Assembly (NCBI GenBank): GCA_023515725.1
Contig: JALDTO010000208.1
Location: forward strand, 435,868 to 499,867
Length of the DNA stretch: 64,000 bases
Direction of reading: 5' to 3'
Source of the DNA: Amoeboaphelidium protococcarum X5
Lineage: Eukaryota > Fungi > Aphelidiomycota
The notes under the pieces: generated by a model
What the model saw: the letters and a program-made list of their open reading frames with translations, nothing else
What the model was told of the DNA's origin: nothing
The model's database searches: none
Shown: piece by piece, positions 12,338-25,288 of the stretch
How positions within the stretch are numbered: position 1 is the stretch's first letter
Layout of the letters: each line of letters begins with the position of its first letter
Made by a program: the position numbers and the translations under genes

Positions 12338-14461
12338 ATGACGTCTTTTATGATCAGTTAAGGCGGAGTAATGATTAACTATGATAGATATATTGATGCA
12401 CTGAATAATGGCACTTTTTATTATGATGAGCAGTTAATTTCTGAGCTGGTGAGTGACGTGGTTGGCTGTATGGTTGATGAAAGTCTTCAGTTTGACACGT
12501 AGTCTTTGTATTAGTTATGCGATAATTTGGTATCTTAATCTCTTGGCTAAGAAGGTTAAACTCATTTAAAGAATCATTATAAGTTCTTATTCTATCTCAA
12601 CTGCTTTATAATAAAGGATGATAGATTCCATGTGCTTATAACGTCAGATTTTGTGTTTAAATTGTATCGCTTATTCGTTGACAATTCGCATCTGATAGTG
12701 CAGATATCAAAGTTACTCAATAATCTTTTATCCTCTAAATCTGAATTAATATAGAATTGCATTGATCTAAGTAGAGATGTACTGGCAGAGTTTGAGCACA
12801 TGAGTCGATAATATTTCAAAGGCAAGATTAGTGTTAAAGTCGATTACCTGGAGTTGGCATCGAAAGCTTCAATATTGAATTAGATATTGATTTGTTGCTA
12901 TAATGCTGATTAATAGTCTGTAATTGCTATGCTCAAAGACGATGAGGATGACATTTTGCGACATTTATTAGTTTACTATTAAGATTTTCTGTATCCTAGT
13001 TTTATTTCTCAAGTTGAAACTGATGATGGTGGAAATGCTGCTGGCATGGACGATACTGACGCGAGTGTAATTCATAAATGCAAGTCCAAGTTTATTCGCC
13101 TGGTGCAAAGTATCATTAAATGGTAATTGGCAGCAGATGACGCGCTCAGATTCTCTACACTGCAGCTGCTCCATTCGTATTGTTCAATTTCCGATGATCA
13201 TAAGCTTGGTGGTAGGAGCATAAAATTTATGATCAATGCCAATGTTTTATTGGACTTGAATCATATCTCTCCATCAATTGACTAGTTATTGCAAGCTGAG
13301 ATTGAAGCTGGTAATTAGAATGCATTGGATATAGTTGAATTTGTAAATAAGCATGCAGGGGATGTGACTTTGCATGACTCCGTCGTGAATGGTAGTAGCT
13401 CAGATGGCCTCGTAATTACTCGTCAAAATAGCCCCATGTAGATGACACAGTCTTAGTATAGTGTTAGTGATCCACAGTATGTTGATAGAACTCTGAAGAT
13501 CAGTCAAGTTATGGACCTATTCCCAATGTACGGCGAAGGATTCTTGGAGGCGTGCTTGATACATTTTAATGACAGTGTGGAGGAGACTATTTCGCAGCTC
13601 TGCGAGTATGATCGTCTACCCGACGTTTTGAAGCGACTTGATGTAAATATGCCTAGAAAGTTTGTGTCCAGTCATTCCGTATAGTAGTAGTAGTAGACGC
13701 CTGATGGTTTTGCCGTGGCTAATAATAATAATAAGGATCAAGATCGAGTCGCTTAATTGAGAGAAATGTTGGAGAAGAGGCTTAAAGTGGATGATAATCT
13801 TGTATAGATTTAAGATAAAGTTGAGCCAGTCGATCAAGTGCTTGATAGCAAAAAGTTCGAAGTTGGTGACTATGCCAAGTATAAGTAATTTATACTGGAC
13901 GCGTAGTATGAAGATGAGGTGGATGAAGATGATCTGGTCAACTTACAACTATATCAGCCTAAAGAGAGCAATGGAGAAGATTCAGCGGATGACATTGAGG
14001 GTGATGAGTAAGTGCAGGTTGGCGAGATCGATGACAAGAGCACTAGTTTTATATCTGTCAATACTCTATTGGACGATGTCAACTTTCGTCTCCTGCTGGA
14101 TGTTTATGTCAATAATCCACAGCTTCTATCTCGGAATGATGCTGAGATTCGCAAGTCTAAAGAACGCGCCCAGTTGCGGCAAGACACCAAATTATCAGAT
14201 GAACAGCTGGAAGGATGGAAGATTATGTTTGACAGACATCCGAAGAAGCAGCAACTCTTGGATTAGATGCGACATAGAATTGAAGATGTAGAAATGTCAG
14301 AGAGGTCATAAAAGGATGCAACTGGCAGTTTTAATCGTCAAGATTAGAGATCATCCGCTCAACGATTCAACAATTCTCGCGGTCGTGGCGGCAGAGGTCG
14401 CGGTAGGTACAGGAAACAGGCTCTCGGCAAGAAAATGAAGATTTATTAGAATGACACTTGA
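12338..14461 (+). CDS. ASCC2: Activating signal cointegrator complex subunit 2 / Cue3 (CUE domain)
   Basis: CUE ISQVMDLFPMYGEGFLEACLIHFNDSVEETI; YEDEVD motif; RKSKERAQLRQDTKLSDEQLEGWKIM; RGRGG tail; TGA 14459-14461. Confidence 0.82.
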
Positions 14462-14676
14462 TATCATTAGACCGAAATTCACAATTCATCCATTTATTGT
14501 CTTTTGAGTTAAGTCTTATACTACGATGTTTCGTTGATTTCTAGTCTTCTTAAAAGAGCAAAGCTCCACCGCGTCTCTTCTTCCGTTCTGTCCATTGTAA
14601 ATTATCGCTGGCAGTAGTAACCCGCTGTAATTATATTGCCAAATTAAATTAAATACAGTGAATTAATATAAATATA

Positions 14677-15306
14677 ATGTACAAGCCACTGTAGACATAT
14701 AGCTATGGACTGGGCGGATTTATATCGGTAGTTCTCACTATATATATCTTGTATTTGGTGTTCACCGGTCAAGGTGAAGTGTTTAATGTTGGAGATTATC
14801 TGTTATCTACATCGCCATATATGTGGGCTCTGATGGGTGTTGGATTTAGTCTCGCTCTGAGTGTAGTTGGTGCTGCGTGGGGCATCTTTATTATAGGCGC
14901 CAGTATATTAGGTGCCGCTGTACAGGCGCCGAGGATTACCACCAAGAATCTGATCAGCATCATTTTCTGTGAAGCTGTAGCGATTTACGGTATTATTATT
15001 GCGATTGTATTCAGTTCCAAGTTGCAAGACTATCAAGACTTGTCGAATCCTATTCCACTCAATAATTATTTCAGCGGGTTCGGTCTGTTCTGGAGTGGCC
15101 TCACTGTCGGCTTCAGTAATCTGGCGTGTGGAATCTGTATTGGTGTCACTGGGAGTGGTGCAGCTATAGCAGATGCTTCAGACTCGCGGCTCTTTGTCAA
15201 GATTTTGGTGATTGAGATTTTCGGATCTGCCATTGGATTGTTCGGTCTTATCGTTGGTCTCCTCCAGAGTGGTCGGTGTGGAGAATTTATGAGCAAGACT
15301 GTCTGA
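14677..15306 (+). CDS. VMA16: V-ATPase proteolipid subunit c''
   Basis: [56 protein letters not shown] 14677 is in frame through one TAG. Confidence 0.96.
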
Positions 15307-15420
15307 TGAAATTGTACTTAATAAATAACTGCGCATTCATAATTAAATGGGGTGAATATCATACTTTATCATCATTAAATTGGCAACACGCTTTAATTAT
15401 CAATTCTAAAGTGACAACAA

Positions 15421-15906
15421 TCAAGTGCCTTTGGGAACAACAACAGTTAATTGATCGCCTGTGAGACCCCAGTCGAGTCGCCTCTAGACAAAGATCGATA
15501 TCCACACTGCTAGTATAACAATCCACACACACATTCCCACCGATGAATAGATCAAATCTACATAATTATCTCTCAACTTGGCATTTAAAATCGCTAGTAA
15601 GAATGTATGAATACTTACACTTTCTAACTCTGGAATCTAATAGACTCCGGTCATACTCTAGTTTCATCTATTTCCCGGCAGAGGTGACAACATCACGGCT
15701 TGCTTCAGATTTAAAACGGCCTGGAACGAGCAGAGGCCCAAAGTACAAGAGATTAAACAACCACAGAATGGGTAATAAGGCGAATCCCATCAAGTACACT
15801 ACACACATTGAGGTCGATAAAAGCGATTAATTCTATCTTATCAGTCAATTTAATAATTATTACATCGCTTAGAGTTTTCCAATATTTCAGAATTGGTGAG
15901 TTTCAT
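15421..15906 (-). CDS. PSENEN: Gamma-secretase subunit PEN-2 (introns 15799-15863 and 15558-15618)
   Basis: Spliced product MKLTNSEILENSKRLYLMGFALLPILWLFNLLYF...RKYLIYSSVGMCVWIVILAVWISIFVQRRLDWGLTGDQLTVVVPKGT matches PEN-2 motifs GFAFLPFLWLVN and W..IF...R..WG..GD.LS..IP.G. Not visible in the ORF track. Confidence 0.88.
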
Positions 15907-16374
15907 AGTGATTTTAATTTCCGCCAAGTCCTGGGCTATGAAGAATAGCGAACGCTCTTGGTTGATGTCAATTGTTCCCTTTCGTCATGTCATCAAAGAA
16001 GAGAAATAAGAGTAGAAAACTTTATGGCTGATAAATAAGACTGCTCTAATATATCTTGAAACTTAAGTATATTACAGTCAAAATAATAAAGGTCATAATA
16101 CCAAATATATACTCCAAGTTTGAATCAGACAATTAACAAGCGTGCTACATTTACCCCTTACATTCCTCAGTCAAAGGGTAAAAGTCTTCAACGCGCGCAA
16201 TGTTTTTGTTTTGTGAGATTACGGCTCGATCGCCCCCCCCCATTCGCCGCGTTTTCTTTCCTCTCCGCATTCTTTCCCTCAGGACAAACACAAGTGATTT
16301 GTTATCAGTCGGTCAGCTGATACTCTATTCTTCGTTCTCAACAGTGTCTGGGCGTGTATTGTTGTGTAATAATA

Positions 16375-19128
16375 ATGATTTATAAAGTGATTAGTTTTGT
16401 GTGCGTGCTTTTGATGGCTAGTCTATCGCATGCTTCTGGACAGGAGTAATAATGCACATAGTTTGAGTATAGTCATGATCTTTTGATAGAATATTCCACT
16501 GGAAAGGCTAGATTTGATAATGATGGTGATTTCGAGTAGATGGCAAAGAAGTAACGCGTGAATATTGATAGTAAATTGGATATCATCAGATATTCGAATG
16601 ATCAGAGTAAGATTTACTCTCTGCAAATGAATGATCTGCGCGTAAATAAGAATGGAATGGAGGAGCCACATTACCCCGTTGTGTTCTCTATTGATGAGAA
16701 TGGAAAGATTGCGTAACTGTATGCTGGCAAGTCTGAGCCTGAATGGATTGCCAATTTGAAGCGTGGTATTGTCTCCTCGCTGTAATCAGATTCTAGATTG
16801 GCTCAACAAGGTCATTATTCTCCTCCTGGTGAAGATTATACCGTCATGGAATAGGATGTTACGGGGGAGAAGGAGTATCGTTATGAGGTGATCAATTCGT
16901 AGGTAGATCAGGACGAGGATAGTCAGATGATTTATATCTAGAAAAGTCGTCATGATAACGTATCTGATACCATTGATGGTAGTGTTTCTATTCGGACCGT
17001 TGTAGATTCTACCGATATGTCAGTCACGTCTCTCACTGCAACATCTGATTACTCGTAAGAATTGGATGATTTGAATAGTGTCGATACCAAGGCGGAGTTG
17101 AAATTGAATCTTAAGAGAAAGCACTTTGTTGACTTAGATCTAAAGTGTCTTGAGATCAATTGTGTTATCGACTTTGTCAGGCAAAGGTATTCAGTTCCAT
17201 CTGATGTTGAATACGTCAAGATTGACATTAAACTGGCCGATTTGGGAGATGGTGAAGATCCTTTTGATCATTTGAGCCTTAGCGTGGACGATGGATTTAC
17301 TATGGACTATTAAGAGAAGAGAGAGGAGGTTATTCGACTTGCCCAAGTTATTGTCAAAGATGGCCGTAATTCATCTGTGGAATTCTTTCAGCTGGTTCAA
17401 TTGCTTAAAAGTGACAAGAAGTTGGCGCAATAGTGTGTTGATTTAATTGACCGCATGGACATTTAGAATGTTATGGTGGATGTCCTTATTGCTACCGGTG
17501 TTGAAGATACGTTTAGACGCGTGAGAGACTTCATTTTGAAAGATAAGAGTATTAATGATCAGCCTCTGGTCTTGCGTGTGCTAGTAGCTCTTGGATATGT
17601 GCCAAGTCACCGTGATATGTTGGATTTCAGTCTGAAGACTGTAGAGAATCCGTAAATCACGCTGGAGATTAGAAAGACCGCCGCTCTTAGTCTCGGATCT
17701 ACAGTGAGATAGATTGCCACCCAGTGGAAGATGTATCGTTATGCATGGCATTGCGTGTGGGTGCTGGAGCAGTTCTTGAAGAAGAGCTCCGTGGATAGCG
17801 ACAAGATTATGTACTTGCATGCTATTGGTAATGCTGGGCAGAAGCCGTCCATTCCCAAGATTGCACCATTAATCAATGACGGGAATGCAGATGTAGTATA
17901 TGCCGCCATATTCTCACTGCGTCATATGACTGGCTACGGTAAGAATTTGCTACTCACTGCTTTTAATAGAGTTGATCTGAGTGCTGAGTTGCGTATAATG
18001 GCTCTTGATTATGCAGCCGAACATTTGAACATGAAGGAAATCGATGCTATTTTGACTAATAATTTGAAGGAGGAGAATCAAGTCGTGAAGGATTATGTTT
18101 GGGCAAAGTTTGGACCTGCTTCTGCTGAATAGGTTAGAAGCAATCCTGCATGGATTGAACTTTCCAATTAGACTGATGTCATTGGGAACGAGAAGCTGGG
18201 CACCATCTTGGGATACAAGCTCACTGTTCATAATCCATTGCAGCCGGCTGATGAGCATAAAGTGATTTCTAATGGCGAAACCTTTGTAGACGTGATGGCG
18301 TTCAAGAAACGCTTCAATGCTTTGCGTGGAGTTATTAGACTTTAGGGTGATTTGATGCCACAGAGAGATTAGCAACCAGTGGAAGCTTTCATGTACATTG
18401 CCATAGCTGGATCTGTATGGGATGAGTGCATTGATTTGTTTGGGTAGGCCTGTTACAAGAACAGAATTCCATCTCAATCAGCTGGAGCAGAGAGTAAATC
18501 TTTGTTAAATTTGGCGTAATTCCCATTTCCAAGAAAATTCAAGTAGTGTCACGAGGTGGAGAGAGACTTGTTCAACTTTAATGTTGTACTGTTCAGTGTG
18601 AACTTCGATGTACCTCTGATTGTGGGAATCGGGCTTAGACTAAAGCAGTAATTTGTGGCTAATGGTTACGCGTCAGCATCTGCATCGGGATGTCTGGTGC
18701 CATTTAAAGGCTAAATGCACTTTAATCCCACGCTGTCTATTAGCGCTCTGGGAGAGGCATCTATCAATCTATTTGTCGTGAGATCTGGAGCAAGAGTGAA
18801 TGCCAAAGTGGTGAACGCTGACATTAAATCTTCCATTGAAGGAAATGTTACCACGATGCAACCGTCCCTGTGCACTAATGTTGGGTTCACTTAGAAAGCA
18901 GTTGATGGTGCATTCCAACTCTTTGTCTAATTCCGTAAGATTCGCTGGTGCCAAAAGCCAAAGCGTTTACCATGTGGCTTCCCTTGGGGTCGCGAACGTG
19001 CCTGGACCAAGCGATTCCAGCTGTTTAAAGAAAAGACTAAGGAGTTTCCATAGAAGTGCGCGACTTTGAAATTTCCATGGTCACGTCTGAATAACGATGC
19101 TGCTCCCTTGCTAACTATCTAAAACTGA
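16375..19128 (+). CDS. Secreted large lipid transfer protein (Vitellogenin_N / MTP / apoB-like), ~917 aa
   Basis: Signal peptide; PVVFSIDENGKIAQLYAGKSEPEWIANLKRGIVSSLQ; YTVMEQDVTGEKEYRY; helical domain YLHAIGNAGQKPSIPKI...VVYAAIFSLRHM...AELRIMA; beta-rich C-terminus; TGA 19126-19128. Confidence 0.8.
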
Positions 19129-19333
19129 TATCTGTTTGTATTGTGACGTTTGAATAAATGAGAGATTTTGTAATACTTTCCTACTGGATTCTTGGGAGTT
19201 CTTATACTGTGTATTTACACTCGATCGATGATCAGTACGGATCAATGAATCATGTAGAATACAGTCAAATCTTATCCTGTGGGAGCCCTGTCTTAGCTAC
19301 ACAGCATTAATATCTCTCACTAATGCTTTATGT

Positions 19334-19645
19334 TGAGTCACGTAAATCGTGAATATACAGCGAATATCAAGGAGTTTTCTAATCAGCGATCGATGAAAGC
19401 CAATCTCTTAATTCGGTAGATTTTTCAAAACTATTCAAATTTAAAAAAATAAAAGTATCTAGACTCATTGATAATATATTAAATCTATTACTTGAATGAT
19501 AAGCCTAAGAAATGCAAAATCCCATGGCACTGTTCACGCTAATCCATCACCTCGTTTTGTTGTGACAGCCAGTTTGATTGGCAGACGCGCAACCATCGTT
19601 CCTTCCGCGCCACCCCTGAAACGATTAATTTTGATTTCTGACTCA
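19334..19645. promoter_or_regulatory. Two perfect Gcn4/AP-1 sites (TGAGTCA 19334-19340, TGACTCA 19639-19645) upstream of the Gcn4-like gene
   Basis: Exact heptamers are seen in the 0.8 kb intergenic region. Function is inferred. Confidence 0.45.
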
Positions 19646-19938
19646 CCCGGCCGGCGGTTCACAGTGAATCACTTCTATCCTTAAAAGATATCAACAGTGT
19701 AATACTCACACATCTCTATCCATCCATCCCTTTATATCTATTTATCTCTTCCTCATCCCGCTGCCAACTCACACACCCCCGGAACTTTTGAGTAACTGTT
19801 CACCTCTTCGGTAACAAAAATTAAAAGGTGTCTGCTATAGTGAATTTGAATCTCTTGCTATCGAACATTCGGCAATATATCTACATACTGTGTTTACGCT
19901 TTGGATTATCCATCTGCTGAAAAAAGTGTCAATTAACA

Positions 19939-21567
19939 ATGCTATCTGGAAACTACATTAACGGTGGTGGTGCTGACAATGCCTCACAACAATCGTCCCA
20001 GTCCTCCCAGTTGTAATAATAAGGGATGCAGCTGCCTACAAATTAAAGACATCCGATGTAGACTATGAATTATGGTGATGGCTCCCGCGTTATTGGCGAC
20101 GGTGATGATATTGATGCCCTGACCAGTTTGATTGCTGCCGATGACAAGGCTGATCTCATTGGATTGTCTAGTGAAGCTCTGTATAAACAGCTGTTGCAGT
20201 AACAGCAATAGAATGCTGGTGTTGATTTCGCTGATAGTCTTATCAGTGGTGCTGGCGGTAATCTTTAGAACCCCTTCCTCGATCCAGAGTTGGCGCTGCG
20301 AAAGCGATGCTCCACTGTGCCTAATAACGCTGCTGGTGTGGCATCACTAGCTGAATTGTAATAACAACAGCAGCGGCATTAGTATGGCCTCAATATGTTG
20401 GGAAGAAAGACTGGTAGTCAGTGGCTGAATGCTGTGAACATGGATCTCAACAGTAGTAGTAATCCATTGGTAGCTCCGTCCACAATGGCTGATCAGTCGT
20501 CTCTGAATGGTCTTAATAACAATGGGAATGGCGGTAGTGACTTCTTGAATTCTCAATGGGCGTCCTCTTTGGCCGGTGGTATCAACGACTGGTAGAATAG
20601 TCTTACCGGACTTGGTATTGCTAGTGGCAACGGCAACACTAGGACAATGACTGCTCCCGCAATAGACTTTTCCGCCTTGAATAACAGTGATTTCTTTGGC
20701 TTGGACTCCAACCAGCTGCTACTTAATACCCTTAACAACTCTGGAAACTTGCAGAAGAGCAATACTAATACTAATGTTGGTGCTGGATTGTCAGCTGCTG
20801 GTTCTCGTTTCCCTTCCTAGTCCACAATTGGTACTGAATAGTCAGTCTCGTTGAGTAACCATCACCATCATGATCTGGACAACAACAGCTTGTAATCCTT
20901 GGACGATCCGAATTTGAGCCTAACTGGTAATGTTGGCAATAATGGTAATGGTCACAATAGAAGAGTTAGAATTAACACAGAGACCAGTCAGCAGTCATTG
21001 GAAGATTATCACAGCTCCAAGAAGAGTGAACGCTCGGATTCGCCAAACTCTGATCTCGGCATTAAAGTTAATCTGGATCCACGTAAGCGTGCCCGCTCAG
21101 AGCCTGGTGTTACTCTGTAGACTCTGAAGGAGCATGGTATTGACCCTAACTAGTTGGATCCGACCGTGTTGAAGCGCATTAGGAATACAGACTCTGCCCG
21201 CCGCAGTAGATAGAGGCGTCAGTAGCGCATGAATGAGATGGAGGTGCGCTTGAAAGAGTTGGAGGAGCGAGAATTGGTGTACAAGTAGATTGAGGTGGAG
21301 TGTCATCAGTTACGTGCGTGGAAAGATCGTGTTGTCCAATGGCTGCAGACTATGAACATGCTGGATGATTTTAAGGCTACTTTTGATTTTTAGTTTAGCC
21401 AATAGTAGCATAAATAACAACAGCAGCAACTACAGTAGTAACAATAGTAGTAGCTGTAGTAATAGCTGTAGTAGTAGTCGCAGTAAATGTTTCACACTGG
21501 TGGTGTTGATTTGCGCAATACGAATGGTAATAATAATGGTGGTAATACCTCTTAATATCGTTAATGA
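19939..21567 (+). CDS. bZIP transcription factor, Gcn4/Cpc1-like
   Basis: Basic region DPTVLKRIRNTDSARRSRQRRQQRMNEMEVRLKELE resembles Gcn4 KRARNTEAARRSRARK. Long N/Q-rich N-terminus; TGA 21565-21567. Confidence 0.8.
21391..21486 (+). repeat. Poly-Gln-rich tract encoded by mixed CAA/CAG/TAA/TAG
   Basis: TAA CAA CAG CAG CAA CTA CAG TAG TAA CAA TAG TAG TAG CTG TAG TAA TAG... in frame in the bZIP C-terminus. Confidence 0.85.
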
Positions 21568-21675
21568 AGTCGACAGACATAAATTGATTGAAATATAAAT
21601 GACTTTTAGTTGACTTACTTTTACTTTTACTATTATTATAGTTCACAAACAGATACCATCAAGTAGATAGGTGTA

Positions 21676-22572
21676 TCATTTGCGCAAGTATGACAGAGCA
21701 ATCTCAGTTCCAAGCCAACTAATCGCATTCGATGGAATCGCCCTTATGACAGCAGGTAGATATCCTCGATAGAATCCTCTAAGACCTTATTACCGATAGA
21801 GATCAGTAAATGATTGAATGAGAGAGTGGCGACGCGCAGAGGATGAAGTATCAGTCTGTATTCTAGTCTTTATGGTGTCTAAAGGCATACAAAGGGTCCA
21901 TTGTGTAACGCCAGCGACGGAGCCAGCCATAAGCACAGCGCTCAGAGATTTATCATCCTATAACCAACTCTAAAAGTATTGTTTAGATAACTCGTATGAT
22001 GCGAACCAAATAAAGTATGCGGGGATGTCTCGCATCAGAGTGATTGTAGTTCCGCTGTACAGACCGGCAAGTCCACCAGTTTTATAAATGTGCCCGATCC
22101 AATAGAACACTGATTAGTTATTACTCCTTTACCCAGGTAGCGGTGCCTGGATGGAGGATTACAAAGCTTAACTAGGAGCCGGAGAGTTTTAGAGTAAAAT
22201 CTTGACGCGTTCGCCTGGTATAATAATAGCAGCTGCCAGGAGGGCGGAGAACGTTCCGCATAACGAATATCTCCTAATCAAATCCATGGTACGATTACCA
22301 GTCTACAGCTAGTCTGACAATCTGATGCCCATATCATAGCCTAGGAATGATAGCGCACCCACTGGCAATACTCCAATGACTGGAGGCAAAAGACCAGAGT
22401 AAAGCGATCGCAGTGACATTGCCTTTATACTCTGGCCGGCCTGCATTCGAACGCGCAATGTATCCAGAGGGTGAGTGGCCAGCACCGAACAGAATCCTCC
22501 AAAAGATCCAGCAATAATTCTCTATTCAGTAGTGACAGCACTTTCCTATTTTATATTTCCCTCTTCTGCCAT
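21676..22572 (-). CDS. Mitochondrial carrier (SLC25), carnitine/acylcarnitine-like
   Basis: HPLDTLRVRMQ, IPGERVKILLQ, TLMRDIPAY, MPLDTIKTRIQ, RAIPSNA; 298 aa with three PxD/ExxK/R signatures. Confidence 0.9.
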
Positions 22573-22712
22573 ATTCAGGCACGTTCCGAAATGTATATAT
22601 GCTAGATTTATTTAAAGATTAAATATCGCTGAGTTCTTCTATTTCAAAAGCAGGAGTTGATCTAAACAGATCTTCTCCGCTGAATTATCATACTGAGTGA
22701 GTAATTGCAACG

Positions 22713-24665
22713 ATGGTTTAATCTGTGATTAATTTTAGAAAATATTTTATTTATTGTCTAGTGATGTTAAGTGCTTATTTGATTTGGAAGCTGCTAGTTG
22801 GAGTGTTTTGGATAAAAAATGGACATAGTTATTAGACTTCTAACATTGTACCATCGCCCGAAACTTTGAATGAGATTAAATGCCGGTACGGACCACTCGA
22901 TGTCATTAATCAAGTTAAATCGAACAGAGCGGATTAAAATTATCATGTCATTCATGTAAGTAAAGAAGGTCCGGAGAGTATTTTTGGTGGCATAGGCCGA
23001 GTGGTTACCGACCTGAGTTAAAGCACCGCCGCAGAAGGTATCTCTGTCAGTGTTGTCTCTCCATTCTACGCGTACCTGAGGCGGCAGTAAGACAGCGGCG
23101 AGAGCAAATACCTTTTGTATTACACCTTACAAGTACCCGTTTCTGAATCTGCCGTATGTCAAGGTTTATTTTGCTTTTGGAGTCGTAATCGCCGTGGAGG
23201 TTTGAACTCTGTGTTCAACGTCCCGGTGTACATTAATACAGTCGTCGACCATGTTAAATAGTACTTGATAGCACCTCCCTTAGAGTAAAAAAATCAGTTT
23301 TATTACGCGTTTGGTGCCGAGTCTTCCCAAAATATATACTATGCTCATCCTAAAATAGCTGGCGAAGTTTAGGATTTGTATTTTAATGTCGCAGCTGCTC
23401 ATCTGCTGAAATTGTTGAGTTAAAGTCACGGCAGTAATATCATAGCTCATGTTCATGGAGCAACTAATGCGCCGACTATTTTTTTCGCCAAGTCTATACT
23501 TAATGCCACGATTAAGACGTTGTATACTGTGCATGATTATGGTTTTGAACCGCGACATTCTCTGCGTATGTAAAATGTTGCCTACTTTTTTCATAATGAT
23601 GCTAGTAAAGATGCTGCGTTGAGTCGCTATGTTCTCTTGGATAAAATATATCCCTCTGCGCTTGGTGTTAATTTGGCGGATCTTGTATCAGTTGCTTCAT
23701 AGTACATGTATAGGTAACTTTTAGTTTAAGAGAGTCCATAAGATGAAGAGTCTAGAAGTACTTCCTTACCGAAATCTACCGAATTTGCTCTCATGAAACA
23801 GGAACTGCTAAGCAAGTGCTCTAAAGGTCGTGTTGTTGGAATATCTAATGGTATTGGTCATTAAATCTCTCCGTATTAGCCGAACAATTTGCATGGATAT
23901 TAGCATGCTGATGATGATGGTGATTTGTTGACAAGGTTGTCTGCACACGTGTAAAATACATCCTATCCATACAAATTCTCCAGTGCCAAGTAGAGAGCTA
24001 AAAACGCATTACTTTCTCTACACTCTCTAGCTGTGTATGATAACTTACCATCGATTGCAGTCTTGTTCATCGGCAGATTTTCATATGAGAAGGGTATGGA
24101 AGATGTTCGCATAATTGCAGATTATATAAAGCACAATTAAGCGTCTCTTTAATGTAGAGTATTCATGGTACTTATGGGCTCCCATAATGATTATCCAGTT
24201 AAGAAATTAAAGGACATTGGTAAGGATCACGTTATATGGTTAGACAGCAGAGAGTTGCAGTAAAAATATGGCGAACTTGCTAGAATGGCTGCAGATTTAG
24301 TCATAGTCCCCTCTAGGAATGAGATATTCGGACTGGTGGCACTTGAAGGACTCTTATTTGGATCTGCCGTTCTATCAACAGCGGTAGGTGGATTGAAAGA
24401 ATTTCTGGTTGATCGTAATCAAAAGTTATCCATGACTGAGGATTCCACCTTCAATGCGTATGTCTATGATTACCGTTCTGCTAATTCATTGGTGTCCACT
24501 TTTAATTTAATGATGGATGATTACCTGCATGTAAATGAAGACGTAATGGAATAGAATAGGCGGCGATGGCACACATAAGCCTCCAAGATGCGCTGGAACG
24601 CAACATCAACATCACCATTGTACATGTACCTCAAAACATACTAATACATTCTAAATTCAGAGTGA
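22713..24665 (+). CDS. GT-B glycosyltransferase, GT5 (glycogen/starch synthase-like), with N-terminal transmembrane anchor
   Basis: HVIHVSKEGPESIFGGIGRVVTDL...VSVVSPFY; HVHG; LYTVHD; GVNLADLVSVAS; VVGISNGIG; LFIGRFSYEKG; ADLVIVPSRNEIFGLVALEG...VGGLKE. Hydrophobic segment YFIYCLVMLSAYLIWKLLVGVFWI. Confidence 0.8.
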
Positions 24666-24700
24666 ATGATCTATAAATAAATATAATATATTATATGTAT

Positions 24701-25288
24701 TCACTTTATTCTATGATCAACCAAAGTTTGATATAAACTCAGCGCCCACTAAGTCCTGAATACATTGCGAGTACTCTCAAAGAACGCGTCTAGTTGTATA
24801 CCATGTCGCCTTTCATACGTATCAGCCTGCATTACCATCTCCAATTTATCTATATCGTGCACAACCAAAGACTCATTACTCTCGTGGTCTTCATACTCCT
24901 GGAAGAGGGACATGATGTTGGATGACACACCACCATCATTACCATCATTTGATACAAGTCGCGTCAATCTCTACATGGCGTAAAGTTCCATGGCAGCCTT
25001 CTCCTGCTTACTCACATTGTCGTGTGGAGTTATATCACCCACTATACATTCAGCTAGATCATGCACCAGACACATTTATACGCACTTGTCTCTGTTGACA
25101 CTGAACGTCGCTTTAGTACTTGCGTGAACATGGTCAGTGGGCATAGTCATTGCTATAATCGCCATTCTGTGCATATGATCAGCGATAGATTCCGCATCAA
25201 CCGGTGCAATACCGTTCCTGAGCCATCCAGTGCGTCTAGTCACTTTTAAATTCTCTATATACTCACAAAACTTGATGTAATCTGCCAT
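24701..25288 (-). CDS. HDDC2: HD-domain 5'-deoxynucleotidase (HDDC2/Ygk1 family)
   Basis: LKVTRRTGWL, ESIADHMHRMA, LVHDLAECIVGDITPHD, DIDKLEMVMQADTYE. Confidence 0.93.
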
